Assembly: GCA_963754925.1 (NCBI GenBank)
Contig: CAVWHX010000004.1
Span: forward strand, 672,001 to 736,000
Direction of reading: 5' to 3'
Source: an uncultured delta proteobacterium
GTDB taxonomy: Bacteria; Myxococcota; B64-G9
DNA: 64,000 nucleotides
Below, piece by piece: positions 8,740-18,220 of the stretch (positions within the stretch are counted from its first letter, which is position 1; every line of letters begins with the position of its first letter). The notes under the pieces were generated by a model. The model worked only from the letters and a program-made list of their open reading frames with translations. It searched no databases and was not told where the DNA came from. A program made the position numbers and the translations under genes.

Positions 8740-11700
8740 CTAACTTCCCGGAAGTACCAAGACTTCTGGGCTTGAACTTGCTGGAGAATCCAGTTGTCCA
8801 TCACTCGCAATCACGCTGCACTGCCAAATGTCACCTTTCTTGACCATACGGCCGGGCACCATGTCGGTCTCAGGGGCAAAGTTCTGCCCTCTACCATCTT
8901 TCGACCAGCTAAAGCGGTAGTGAATTTTATCTCCATCGGAATCAATAGACTCGGCGACGATAACGCACTTGAGTTCTTGCTGGTCCTGCGGGTTAGCCGG
9001 CCGAATTTCCACTTTGGGCACGGTTGGCGCAGCGTTGCCGATGGTCACTGCCACACTGGATTCTGGCCCGGTCAACTGTCCATCGGAGGCTGCCGCTTTA
9101 CAAACCCATTGCTCTCCCTTATGAGTCTTTCCTGCGGGAAGCACGGCACCACCAGCGACCGGCTTGTCTCCCGCGTGTCCTTTGTCATCGACCAGCAACC
9201 AGCTGTAGGTGTGGGTGAGGCTGTCGCGATCAGGATCAACCGTTGGCTGGCTCAGGTGGCAAGACAATGGTTCACCCGTCAGTGGCTTGGTCGGCCTGAT
9301 CTCAAGCTTTGGCGCTGCAGGTCGCGCATTCGCCACCAGCACTTCTTGGCTGACGGGCTCGCTTTGCAATTCACCATCCGAGGCGACCACGGTCGCGACC
9401 CAGTGTTGGCCTTTCTTCAAGCTTCCAACGGGAACCGGCTCGATACCGGGGCCCGCGGGAAAGGGCTTACCGTCCACCGTCCACCGCACTGCGAGCGAGA
9501 GTTTGTCACCGTCAATATCGCTCGCGGGCACAAGTACGTTGACGCGTAGCGCGTCTAGGGCAGTGGGTTGCACCGGGTCAATCGCGATCTGGGGTGCACG
9601 AGGCGGGCTGTTTTTCACGATCGCAGACGCTTCACAGGCCGGGCCCTCCGCCTCGCCGTCAAACGGCACCGCCAACACCGTCCAGCGCTGGCCGCGCTTG
9701 ACCTCACGCCCGTCGATTTGATCGGCGCGAGCACTACTGGACCCGAGCGGCCTTCCGTCCACCGTCCAGTAATAACGCATCTGCACGGTGTCGCCGTCTG
9801 CGTCAACCGATGGCTTAGTAATCAAGGCCGATAACGTCTCACCCGTATGCGGCTGTGTTGGCTTGATCGCCACCTGGCATTCTCCGGGCGGAGAATTCTG
9901 GACCTCGAACCACTGCTCTGCCACCCGGCCGGTATCAGTTCCATCCGAAGGAATTATCTTGGCCAGATAGCGCTTATGTTTACGCGTTTTACCGGCTGGG
10001 AGGCGCCACTGGTCGCGACCACGGGAGATCTCTCGCTGGCCATCTTCCAGCCAGATCACCTCTACCGCAACCTTGTCAGCGTCAGGATCACTGGCCGGTT
10101 GGAGAACCTCAAGAGCAAGGTCCTCGGTCGTAAGCGGCCTTTGGTTAACCGCCTTGACCACCGGCGGCTCAGGGGGACTATTGCCAATGCGTATCTCTGC
10201 GTGCGCTGGCTTTCCCGTCGCCTCAGCGTCTCTCGGCGTCACCGTAACTGACCAGTGCTCACCTTTGAGGATATCGCCGGCCGGAATGAGCGGTTGGTGG
10301 GCAGCCGGTTGGTCATAGGGCTTTTCTTTGCACTGCCACTGGTACGAGTACTCAACCCGATCCAGGTCGGCATCCACCGCAGCCTGTTGCACCGTTACCG
10401 ATATATCATCATGGGCGCGCTGCACCCCTGGACGAATCTGCACCACCGGCGCCTCGGGCGGTGAATTTATCACTGCGGCAGTCGCCGTTGCCCGTCCTCC
10501 TATTTCAACGCCATCAAACGAATCGACGGCTACCAGGATCGTGCCCTGTTTGCCAACAAACCCGGCCGGCAGCACAGCTCGGTCATCCGGCACGTTCAGG
10601 GGGCTTTCGTTCACCGACCAATGATACCGATACGTCACCGGATCGCCGTCCGGATCCCTGCCAGGGCGGTCCACAACCACTCGCACCGCTTGCGTTACGG
10701 TCGGTCGCGCTGGATCGAGATGCACCTGCGGCTCGGATGGCGGCGTGTTGCTGATGACTATCGAGGCGTGACTAGGCACACCGTCAACCTCGCCATCGTT
10801 GGGGGTGACCACCACGGTCCACCGCTCTCCCTTTGCGGTCAGATGAGAAGGCACCAATCCTTGGGTCAATCCTTTGACCCGGATTCGATCCTTCAACCAG
10901 ACAACGGCGTAGTGAATCTGATCGCCATCAACGTCATCTGCCTCACGCACTATTTTCATGGTCAGGGGATCGTCCGTCCGAGCGGGATCGGGCTGAACGA
11001 CTACCTCAGGGGCACCGGGCGGCGTGTTGGCGATTTCCACCTCGGGGCTCTTAAAAACCCGTCCGTCGGGTTCGGCCTGAAGGGTAAAATACCAGCGCTC
11101 GTGCTTCTTGGTTGTTCTCTTGGCAACCACCCGCGCGCCATCAAGTTCGGTCACCCGTTTACCGTTCCGATACCAATTCACGATGGTATGCGGCTCGGCA
11201 TCGCCGTCAAGATCATGAAACTCATACGATAGTTTCAGCTCGTCAGTGACGCGCGGCTTATCGGGAGCGATGGTGAGCTTACGGTAGCGCGGAGGATTGG
11301 GATAGGTGGCCGCGCGGTGCGCGCTGCTTTGTCCTTCGGCTGGCCACGCCAACGGCTGGCTGGCTTTGCCAATCTTGAGCATGCTGAAGGCCACCAACTG
11401 GCCGTTCTTACTCACGCCGATGAGTTCGTTGTGTCCATCGCCGTTGAGATCGGCCATGAGCGGGGCCACCTCGACAGCATCTTCCATGGCGTACGGAAAT
11501 CCCGGATAGGGCCTTCCGTCGTTGCGCAGCAGTACAAGTGCATTCTGATCCGATCCGATCGCTATTTCAGGCTTGCCGTCTTGGTCGATATCACCGACAA
11601 TGGGGGCGGCTCTCAAACGATGACCTATTTGCACCGGAAATCCCGGCAGAGACTTTCCGTTTTGACCTATCGCATAGACGTTACCATCGCCCGAGGTGGC

Positions 11701-12588
11701 AACGATCTCAACCACGCCATCTCCGTTCAGATCGGCCAGAGCACACGTTGAGTAAACGCGGTAGCCGGTGAGCACCGGAAAACCAGGGGCATTGCTTCCA
11801 TCCTCTTTAATTACGTAGATCCTGAAGTCCTTTGAACCGAACACCACCTCGAAGCTGCCGTCATCATCGATATCTCCCAGCACCGGCTGGGAAGCCACCC
11901 CGTATTGCGCGCGGGTGGGAAAGCCCGGCATTTCTTGGTTTGGCGCTCGCCACGCGTGCAGCTGACCGCGCTCATCACCAAATATGAGGAGCATCGGCCC
12001 GCCGGGACGAAAACGCCCGATGGTAACCGCCGTGGAGACCGGGGTTTCCAGCTTGACGGGATAGCCGTGCACCGCACGCCCGCTGGTGTCGACAGCCCAG
12101 AGGTTGCCATCCTTGGCGGCAAACACTATCTCCGGCTGGCCATCGCCATTGATGTCTCCGAAGGTGGGAGCAGCGACGATCGTGGATCGGATTTGCAACG
12201 GAAAACCAGGAAAAGGTTTTCCCCTGCTATCTAAAACGTGCAATTGCCCGTCCCCGGTCCCGAATATGATTCCTGTCCCGTTTTTTCCAAGAACCCCCAC
12301 AGAAAATGGCGCGACAATAGAAGCGCCCTTTTGGAAGTCTATCGGGAAACCCGGCAGAACAGTCCCATCGACTCGCAGAACATAGAAATGCCTGTCTGTC
12401 GCGACCAGAAGCTCGGCTTGTCCGTCGCCATCGATATCCTGGGCTTGGGGGGCGGCAATCTCGACCCTACCGTCCAGGTGGATTGGAAACCGATTGAGAA
12501 CGGTCGCCGATTGCGTGGATGTTGCTCCGATAAGCACGAGAAGGAGCGTGTATGCCCAAAGCCGTATCCATTTCATGGATTCAATCAC
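8740..12588 (-). CDS. Large secreted FG-GAP/VCBS beta-propeller protein with 9 tandem Ig/cadherin-like repeats
   Basis: Signal peptide; ~8 propeller repeats (DxDGDGxxE(I/L)V...PGFP); 9 units of ~95 aa (NxPP...DxDGD...W...KGxxW...DG). Confidence 0.85.
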   Translation of the reverse strand: MIESMKWIRLWAYTLLLVLIGATSTQSATVLNRFPIHLDGRVEIAAPQAQDIDGDGQAELLVATDRHFYVLRVDGTVLPGFPIDFQKGASIVAPFSVGVLGKNGTGIIFGTGDGQLHVLDSRGKPFPGFPLQIRSTIVAAPTFGDINGDGQPEIVFAAKDGNLWAVDTSGRAVHGYPVKLETPVSTAVTIGRFRPGGPMLLIFGDERGQLHAWRAPNQEMPGFPTRAQYGVASQPVLGDIDDDGSFEVVFGSKDFRIYVIKEDGSNAPGFPVLTGYRVYSTCALADLNGDGVVEIVATSGDGNVYAIGQNGKSLPGFPVQIGHRLRAAPIVGDIDQDGKPEIAIGSDQNALVLLRNDGRPYPGFPYAMEDAVEVAPLMADLNGDGHNELIGVSKNGQLVAFSMLKIGKASQPLAWPAEGQSSAHRAATYPNPPRYRKLTIAPDKPRVTDELKLSYEFHDLDGDAEPHTIVNWYRNGKRVTELDGARVVAKRTTKKHERWYFTLQAEPDGRVFKSPEVEIANTPPGAPEVVVQPDPARTDDPLTMKIVREADDVDGDQIHYAVVWLKDRIRVKGLTQGLVPSHLTAKGERWTVVVTPNDGEVDGVPSHASIVISNTPPSEPQVHLDPARPTVTQAVRVVVDRPGRDPDGDPVTYRYHWSVNESPLNVPDDRAVLPAGFVGKQGTILVAVDSFDGVEIGGRATATAAVINSPPEAPVVQIRPGVQRAHDDISVTVQQAAVDADLDRVEYSYQWQCKEKPYDQPAAHQPLIPAGDILKGEHWSVTVTPRDAEATGKPAHAEIRIGNSPPEPPVVKAVNQRPLTTEDLALEVLQPASDPDADKVAVEVIWLEDGQREISRGRDQWRLPAGKTRKHKRYLAKIIPSDGTDTGRVAEQWFEVQNSPPGECQVAIKPTQPHTGETLSALITKPSVDADGDTVQMRYYWTVDGRPLGSSSARADQIDGREVKRGQRWTVLAVPFDGEAEGPACEASAIVKNSPPRAPQIAIDPVQPTALDALRVNVLVPASDIDGDKLSLAVRWTVDGKPFPAGPGIEPVPVGSLKKGQHWVATVVASDGELQSEPVSQEVLVANARPAAPKLEIRPTKPLTGEPLSCHLSQPTVDPDRDSLTHTYSWLLVDDKGHAGDKPVAGGAVLPAGKTHKGEQWVCKAAASDGQLTGPESSVAVTIGNAAPTVPKVEIRPANPQDQQELKCVIVAESIDSDGDKIHYRFSWSKDGRGQNFAPETDMVPGRMVKKGDIWQCSVIASDGQLDSPASSSPEVLVLPGS

Positions 12589-12641
12589 CCCATCTCTAAC
12601 AAACGTTCCCAGCTCTGGAAAATAGTGTTATGCATCAAGAG

Positions 12642-13088
12642 CTACATCTTGGCGGCGAGTTTCTCATTGGTCTCGCGCAGGCGTAAGCTCAGGACCCGAG
12701 CGATATTAATTACCAGTAAGGTAAATCCATTCCTATACACCCGAGAGAAGCTTCGCAGGTTTTCGCTCGAGAGACAAAGCATGACCGTATCAGTCGAGGC
12801 GCGAATAGTGGCAGAACGGTATTCCTTATCGATGAGGGACATTTCACCAAAGAACTCCGGCGCTTGTAATGTAGCAATAACACGCTCCTCACTGTCCTCA
12901 CGTTTGCGCACCACGTCGACGGCGCCCTCCGCCAACAAGAAAAGCGAGTCGCCAACGGAGCCTTGCTCGAATACCAACTCTCCGGCTTTATAGTTCTTCT
13001 GTTGAGTGACCTCTGCCAGCATCTCAATCTCTTCCGGAAGCAATCCATGGAACAAACGTGATCGTTGCAACTCCTCTGCCTTATTCAT
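12642..13088 (-). CDS. Stand-alone cyclic-nucleotide-binding domain protein
   Basis: VFEQGSVGDSLFLLAEGAV...FFGEMSLID...RSATIRA; no HTH; start taken at MNKAEE. Confidence 0.9.
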   Translation of the reverse strand: MNKAEELQRSRLFHGLLPEEIEMLAEVTQQKNYKAGELVFEQGSVGDSLFLLAEGAVDVVRKREDSEERVIATLQAPEFFGEMSLIDKEYRSATIRASTDTVMLCLSSENLRSFSRVYRNGFTLLVINIARVLSLRLRETNEKLAAKM

Positions 13089-13148
13089 AGAGCCCACCTC
13101 GCAAAGTGTTTTCGCCTCTCGACCGCTGAGCGCCAATGTCTCTGAAAC

Positions 13149-14168
13149 TCAAGAGACCGTACTGCCTGGGCCGGCACTAAAGAAAGCATCGATGCGATTG
13201 TCTTGCTCTTCGTGAACTTCGCCAAAGGGCGGTACCGGCTCGATAAACTCCACCCCGCGCTGCCGATTCACTAAATAGACGTTGCGCGCCAGCAAGTCGA
13301 TGTTAAAACCATCGGGATGATCGGCCATCGGAACACAATAGACGTCTTTGTTGTTTTCACGCCGTGGCCAGTAGAGAAATTCGTTCCCCACCAGGCATCC
13401 AAACAAACGCCGGGCCGAAGAGCGCAGCTCGTCAATCTGATTTTGAAGATCGACTTGTTTCTGACTTGCCTGGTCAGACTCGCGCCGGAGAGCCTCGGCG
13501 CTTTGCTTGAAGTGCTCGGTCTGGTTAAAGAGTTGCTCAGACTCTTGACGGGCGCGCTTACTACTGAGTTTGTGTTCCGAAACGCTCAGATTGATATCCA
13601 GGGATCGCACCCATAACTGCTCGACCTCTTCCCAAAGACGAATCTTACGGTTGTTCTCGCGCTCATAGGTCGCCGATGTCTCGCGCAGCTCGCGCTCGCA
13701 CCGGGCGACCTCGGTTTGCTTGAGTTTGAGCTCCTGCTGCAGTTTCCTGGTCTGTTCAGATCTCTTGTTCGCCTCTATCAGGGCCTGCTTCTCGCGAATG
13801 CTATCCTGAGCCTTCAATACGTCATTCTCCGCTCTGCCCATGCGGTTGAACCAATCCGAGCAAACGATTCGTTGCATTTCGAAGTTAGCCACTGCTTCGT
13901 AAGATTTGTTCTCGATCTCTGACGCTTCTGCAATGAGCTGGGCGGCTACGTCTTCATACTCCCCAGCCCGATAGAGAATATCGATCGCTTTTTTCTGGGT
14001 GAGATCAGCGCGGAAATCCATGAGGGTTACCTGAGCTAGGAGTTCCTCGTGGCGAACTCTCGCGGCTGAGAGTTTTTGCTCAAGATTCTCACGCGACTTA
14101 CACCAATTGACAAAATCATCCCGTTGTAAAATGGCCTGCACCTCGCGCAGCCATAAGGCTTTCATCAT
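13149..14168 (-). CDS. Hypothetical long coiled-coil protein
   Basis: 339 aa, E/Q/R/K-rich heptads with a small C-terminal globular region. Confidence 0.75.
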   Translation of the reverse strand: MMKALWLREVQAILQRDDFVNWCKSRENLEQKLSAARVRHEELLAQVTLMDFRADLTQKKAIDILYRAGEYEDVAAQLIAEASEIENKSYEAVANFEMQRIVCSDWFNRMGRAENDVLKAQDSIREKQALIEANKRSEQTRKLQQELKLKQTEVARCERELRETSATYERENNRKIRLWEEVEQLWVRSLDINLSVSEHKLSSKRARQESEQLFNQTEHFKQSAEALRRESDQASQKQVDLQNQIDELRSSARRLFGCLVGNEFLYWPRRENNKDVYCVPMADHPDGFNIDLLARNVYLVNRQRGVEFIEPVPPFGEVHEEQDNRIDAFFSAGPGSTVS

Positions 14169-14238
14169 GATTACCTCTGCTAGAGCGTGGGTGTTTTGAT
14201 TGCTTCGCCCGTTACAATCTCTCGTCGTTCGCTACAAC

Positions 14239-15624
14239 CTACCCACTCCCTGGCGCAAGGATAAACGGGTACGTCACGCTGGTTTCGCCGCCACCCTGGG
14301 CCGGCGGGAAGCGAATGGCTCTAACTTGGGAGGCAATGCACGCGCCGAGCTCGCTATCGCCGGTAGAATTCTCAATGACGCTCGACTCGATCACGGTACC
14401 ACCGCCGTGAACCACAAAATGGATCACCACCTTGCCCTTGAGCTCTGGATTGCGCTTCAGCCGGCTCTCATAACAGTGCTTTATCCCACCCAATCGTCGC
14501 CGTACGACATTGACAATATCTTGTTGGCTCCGTGAATCCGAATCAAATTCCTGGAGAGCGGTTGAGGTGACGTTGGCCACAACTTTCGCCTCGGTCTTTT
14601 GCCGGTTGCCCTGGCCCGCAGCGCCGACAACGCCTCTGGTGCCCATATCTTCTATCGAAGCCGCGGTGGTGGCACCACCATTTCCCCGTACCCCGCGCTG
14701 CCCGGTCGCCGTGGCCACGTCGACACCGCCAATACCTTCAAAGGCATTCTCACCGTTACTGCCGATACTGCCTTCACCAAACACATCGGCTACAGCCGTG
14801 CCGACGGTTGCCCCTCCCGGCCCCTTAGCGCCCAGCAGCTTGAGCAGTCCTCGGCCGGCGACCTTTTTCTCGACATCGGCTCGGTGGGCGGCGGCTTTGG
14901 CGGCTTTCGCTTCATCGGTGTCACCCTGATCGTCCGCCGTATTTTGATTTTTCTTTTGTTCTTCCTTGGGCGGAGGTTTCACCGGCTCTGGTTCTTTCTT
15001 CTCGTTGGCGCCGTTATCTTTCGTGTCTTCTTCGATGTTTCTATCCGGCATCAACATCTTGGCAAAACGGTCGGGAATGTCCTCGATGCCAAGCTCCCGG
15101 GGAATGGGAATAGTATGCGCCCAGATAGTGATGGCGATGAAGCAAGCCAAGGTCAGACCAAACGTCGTCGTGTAGGCCCAGTCGATATTATGTGAATAGT
15201 AGCCACGGACCACAGCGGGCAGCTGCGGCTGCGCTGGTTCAGGCGGCGGGCTGACGAACTGAAACAATAAAATGCAATCTCCCACCGACACCCGCCCCCG
15301 CGAGGCCTCGCTGAGCTTGAGCGTGTAAACCGATCCTGATTTACGAACAAGGTGCTGAGCCTTGAGTGATTGAAGATCGCTCGCGTCGTTGCCGACGGAG
15401 ATACGGCCGGTCATATCGTCGGTAAAGGTGAGAAGATACTCGCTGCCTTTTATTTCAAATAGCGGGAAGCTCTTCGGGGCGTTCGCTGCAGGCAGGATGA
15501 TGGTATTGCGACTGCTGGTTCCAACGCTTACGGTAGCCCGTTTACGGATCAGTTTCTCCTCTATGATCTTTCCCCCTTGAATCACTCCGATTCGGAGAAT
15601 TTTTTCTTTTATGGTTTCCATCAT
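14239..15624 (-). CDS. GltG/PglI-like protein (FHA-like N-terminus, TM, Pro/Gly-rich linker, TonB_C-like AgmX/PglI C-terminus)
   Basis: ILRIGVIQGGKIIEE; TM segment; IEDIPDRFAK; IKHCYESRLKRNPELKGKV...CI...IRFP...VTYPF. Confidence 0.85.
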   Translation of the reverse strand: MMETIKEKILRIGVIQGGKIIEEKLIRKRATVSVGTSSRNTIILPAANAPKSFPLFEIKGSEYLLTFTDDMTGRISVGNDASDLQSLKAQHLVRKSGSVYTLKLSEASRGRVSVGDCILLFQFVSPPPEPAQPQLPAVVRGYYSHNIDWAYTTTFGLTLACFIAITIWAHTIPIPRELGIEDIPDRFAKMLMPDRNIEEDTKDNGANEKKEPEPVKPPPKEEQKKNQNTADDQGDTDEAKAAKAAAHRADVEKKVAGRGLLKLLGAKGPGGATVGTAVADVFGEGSIGSNGENAFEGIGGVDVATATGQRGVRGNGGATTAASIEDMGTRGVVGAAGQGNRQKTEAKVVANVTSTALQEFDSDSRSQQDIVNVVRRRLGGIKHCYESRLKRNPELKGKVVIHFVVHGGGTVIESSVIENSTGDSELGACIASQVRAIRFPPAQGGGETSVTYPFILAPGSG

Positions 15625-16307
15625 CGCGGTGTTTCCTTGGCGAGGGAGCTAACCCTCTTTTTAATCACCGCAAATTTATACTGGCCATATTCGGCCTGCC
15701 CGGCGGTATACAGAACCTCGGTCAGGAGGCGAAACGGGATACGCTTATCGGCAATTATGGTAACCAACCCTTTGAACTGGAGCTCCTTTTTGCCCTTATT
15801 GTATTTTGCAAAGAGCTGCTGGCGATCCGCCTCGACCTTGAGCGCCTCGTAGAGCGGGTTAATGAACATCGAGGCTGGGTTGTGGTCCTTCTTGTGTTCG
15901 GTCGCAACCCGACCATCCCTGACCATCGCAACCTTGCGGTCATTGACCAGGATCACCTTCGGCGATATGGCGATCTGAATCGCCTCTTGTGGACTATGCT
16001 GAGCCGTGGAAAGCGGTAACTGGGTGTCCTGGGAAGGTGTGATCTGAATGGGGTCGGAAGCATAGCTTTTCAGGAGATAGACCAGAATGATGGTCATCAT
16101 ATCCATCATCGCCACGATGTTGATCTCGGGCTGCTGGTACCCTTTGTTACGTTTGTGCTTGAGCTCAGCGACCTTTTGAGCCCTGCGATGCTTGCGTCGC
16201 TCGATCTCTTCCGGGGTGTACGTAATCATCGGCTCGGATGATTGCATCTCGGGTGCGTCGGCGCCCACGTTCTCTGGTTTGTCTTCCTGATCTAACGGCT
16301 TATCCAT
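15621..16307 (-). CDS. ExbD/TolR family, AglS-like
   Basis: INIVAMMDMMTIILVYLL (conserved Asp); ADKRIPFRLLTEVLYTAGQAEY. Confidence 0.88.
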   Translation of the reverse strand: MDKPLDQEDKPENVGADAPEMQSSEPMITYTPEEIERRKHRRAQKVAELKHKRNKGYQQPEINIVAMMDMMTIILVYLLKSYASDPIQITPSQDTQLPLSTAQHSPQEAIQIAISPKVILVNDRKVAMVRDGRVATEHKKDHNPASMFINPLYEALKVEADRQQLFAKYNKGKKELQFKGLVTIIADKRIPFRLLTEVLYTAGQAEYGQYKFAVIKKRVSSLAKETPR

Positions 16308-16903
16308 CAGACGATCTCCGGGCTGAGGATCACGTCAAAAAACAACGCCCGATCGCCATCATTACGAGTTGCGTCCATCACTCGTATCAGCACCTCGTAC
16401 GGCACATCGGGTTGGGCATATATGATGATCTTAGTCTCTTGCGGGAAGGCGTTCTTTATTTTGACCATCTCCTGAGTCAATTTCTTATAGTCATAGCAGC
16501 TAGCGGGCGGCGGTGCTTTGCGGTCGAGCGCTTCCCGGCATGGTGCTTCGGAAAGCAGCAAGGGGATACTGGGTTTCTTGGCCTTATCGGCCATGGGTTC
16601 CTGATCGCCTTCCTTCTCTGACCAGACACCGCCAACCGCTGCGATAAAAATACCCTCGTAGGTGACGCCGACCGTCAGATTCAACTGCTTTTCATCAGGG
16701 TTCGGTTGCTCTTGATTTTCGCCAGCACTCAGCGGGTCATGATAGCGCGGCGCATTGACGTTGATTACCCCGATCTGGATGAGTCCGGTCGAGGTGAACA
16801 ACATGAACATAATAATATTGATGACTATGTCCAAATAGGGGACTAAATTGAGATCAACTGGTCTGGAATGCGACTTAGAACGAAGTGATGGTTTTCGCGC
16901 CAT
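16307..16903 (-). CDS. ExbD/TolR family, AglQ-like
   Basis: LNLVPYLDIVINIIMFML (conserved Asp); PYEVLIRVMDATR. Confidence 0.88.
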   Translation of the reverse strand: MARKPSLRSKSHSRPVDLNLVPYLDIVINIIMFMLFTSTGLIQIGVINVNAPRYHDPLSAGENQEQPNPDEKQLNLTVGVTYEGIFIAAVGGVWSEKEGDQEPMADKAKKPSIPLLLSEAPCREALDRKAPPPASCYDYKKLTQEMVKIKNAFPQETKIIIYAQPDVPYEVLIRVMDATRNDGDRALFFDVILSPEIV

Positions 16904-16989
16904 GTGCTTCCACCAATTAACAGCAATACTTGGACAAATAAATCATCCGCTCTGTTCCCTCTGAACGATTCATTCCTTACGTCTCGATG

Positions 16990-17748
16990 CTACTCCGTTC
17001 GCTCGGCAGCTGCTGCACCTTTTCCGCGTGAGATCAAAAGGTTCTCAAGTTTCACCGAGTACTGATCGATCTCGTCCACGATTTTCTTGGTCATATTGGT
17101 CAAAAACAGATGCCCCAGCATGCAGATAACCGCAATGCTTAACCCAAACGCCGTATTGTACATAGCCTCAGAGATGCCGCGGGAGAGAACCTGAGCCTTG
17201 AGCTCGGGACTGACCGCACCGAGAGAGGAGAATGCGCGGATCAACCCGGTGATGGTTCCGAGCAAACCTATCAAGGTAGCCAGGTTCGCTATTTGGGCAA
17301 GGTTTGGCGTGCGTTTCTGAAGGATCGGCACGATCTCGAGCGTTGCTTCCTCAACGGCGTTTTGAATTTCGACCTCGCCACGATTGGCCCGGGTCAGGCC
17401 GGCCTTGACCACTTTGGGGAGCGCGGCCGAAGGAGCGGCATTGCAAAGCTTGATGGCCCGCTCAATGTTATTGGCCATCACCAGTTTTTGCACCTGGGCC
17501 ATAAATGCATCGGCATTAACGTTATACCTAAAGAAGATGAAGATGATGCGCTCGACGATAGTGGCGATCCCCCATGCCAACATCAACATGTTGACATACA
17601 AGAAAGGGCCACCACCGCGAAAAAACTCGGAGATTGCCGCCAAAATGCCCGAGCTGCCTTGACCCTCCTCGGCTGCGTAGGCAGCCGTTGGGCCTATCAG
17701 AAGCAGCGCTAGAGTGATCCCTTTCGCGACAGAATAGCGTTTCGTCAT
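16990..17748 (-). CDS. MotA/TolQ/ExbB proton channel, AglR-like
   Basis: FMAQVQKLVMANNIERAIKLCNA; ATLIGLLGTITGLI; GISEAMYNTAFGL; start MTKRY after GGAGG. Confidence 0.92.
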   Translation of the reverse strand: MTKRYSVAKGITLALLLIGPTAAYAAEEGQGSSGILAAISEFFRGGGPFLYVNMLMLAWGIATIVERIIFIFFRYNVNADAFMAQVQKLVMANNIERAIKLCNAAPSAALPKVVKAGLTRANRGEVEIQNAVEEATLEIVPILQKRTPNLAQIANLATLIGLLGTITGLIRAFSSLGAVSPELKAQVLSRGISEAMYNTAFGLSIAVICMLGHLFLTNMTKKIVDEIDQYSVKLENLLISRGKGAAAAERTE

Positions 17749-17786
17749 CGCAGGTCCTCCGATGAAGTACCACACCAAATCAAAAG

Positions 17787-18041
17787 TTAGAATGGAGCCT
17801 TTTTTATGGCCTCTTCTATCTTAGGGACCAACTTCTGTTCGAGTTTCGTCCCCTCGTAGTTAAGATTAGCAGGCGGCAACAGATACCAAACTTCGGGCTT
17901 TTGTATACGGCCTTCGATCCGAGTTACCTGTTGAATGACCACCTGTTTGACACCCTTAGAAGCCGGCGCGGTCTGAGCAGCAAACACCAACAAGAATAGC
18001 GCCGACCACATCCACCTCCACCACCGATTGTTCTTTCTCAT
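17787..18041 (-). CDS. GltF/CglF-like small secreted protein
   Basis: Signal peptide, then IEGRIQKPE...LVPKIEEAIKKAPF; lies after the gltE-like gene. Confidence 0.75.
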   Translation of the reverse strand: MRKNNRWWRWMWSALFLLVFAAQTAPASKGVKQVVIQQVTRIEGRIQKPEVWYLLPPANLNYEGTKLEQKLVPKIEEAIKKAPF

Positions 18042-18050
18042 ATCGTTTAC

Positions 18051-18080
18051 CTTATACTAAGAACCATAGGTACCGGTCAA
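18051..18080 (-). promoter_or_regulatory. Possible internal promoter for gltF-aglRQS-gltG-like genes
   Basis: Minus strand TTGACC-N18-TATAAG about 10 nt before the ATG. Confidence 0.35.
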
Positions 18081-18220
18081 GTAGCTTTCTTTGGTAACTT
18101 CCGATATACCCCCTACTGGCCGTGATTCTTGGCTGCATCATCCATCGTACGCCAACCTATACTACCACCGGTCACCGACCTATTGCACGTTCCTTACGAT
18201 AACAGCCAGCGATTTTACGG

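Noticed and set aside
15621..17748. Ordinary TonB-ExbBD or Tol-Pal system
   Set aside because: No tolB/pal or TonB-dependent receptor; two ExbD paralogs with gltF/gltG/TPR neighbours and mglBA fit Agl-Glt better
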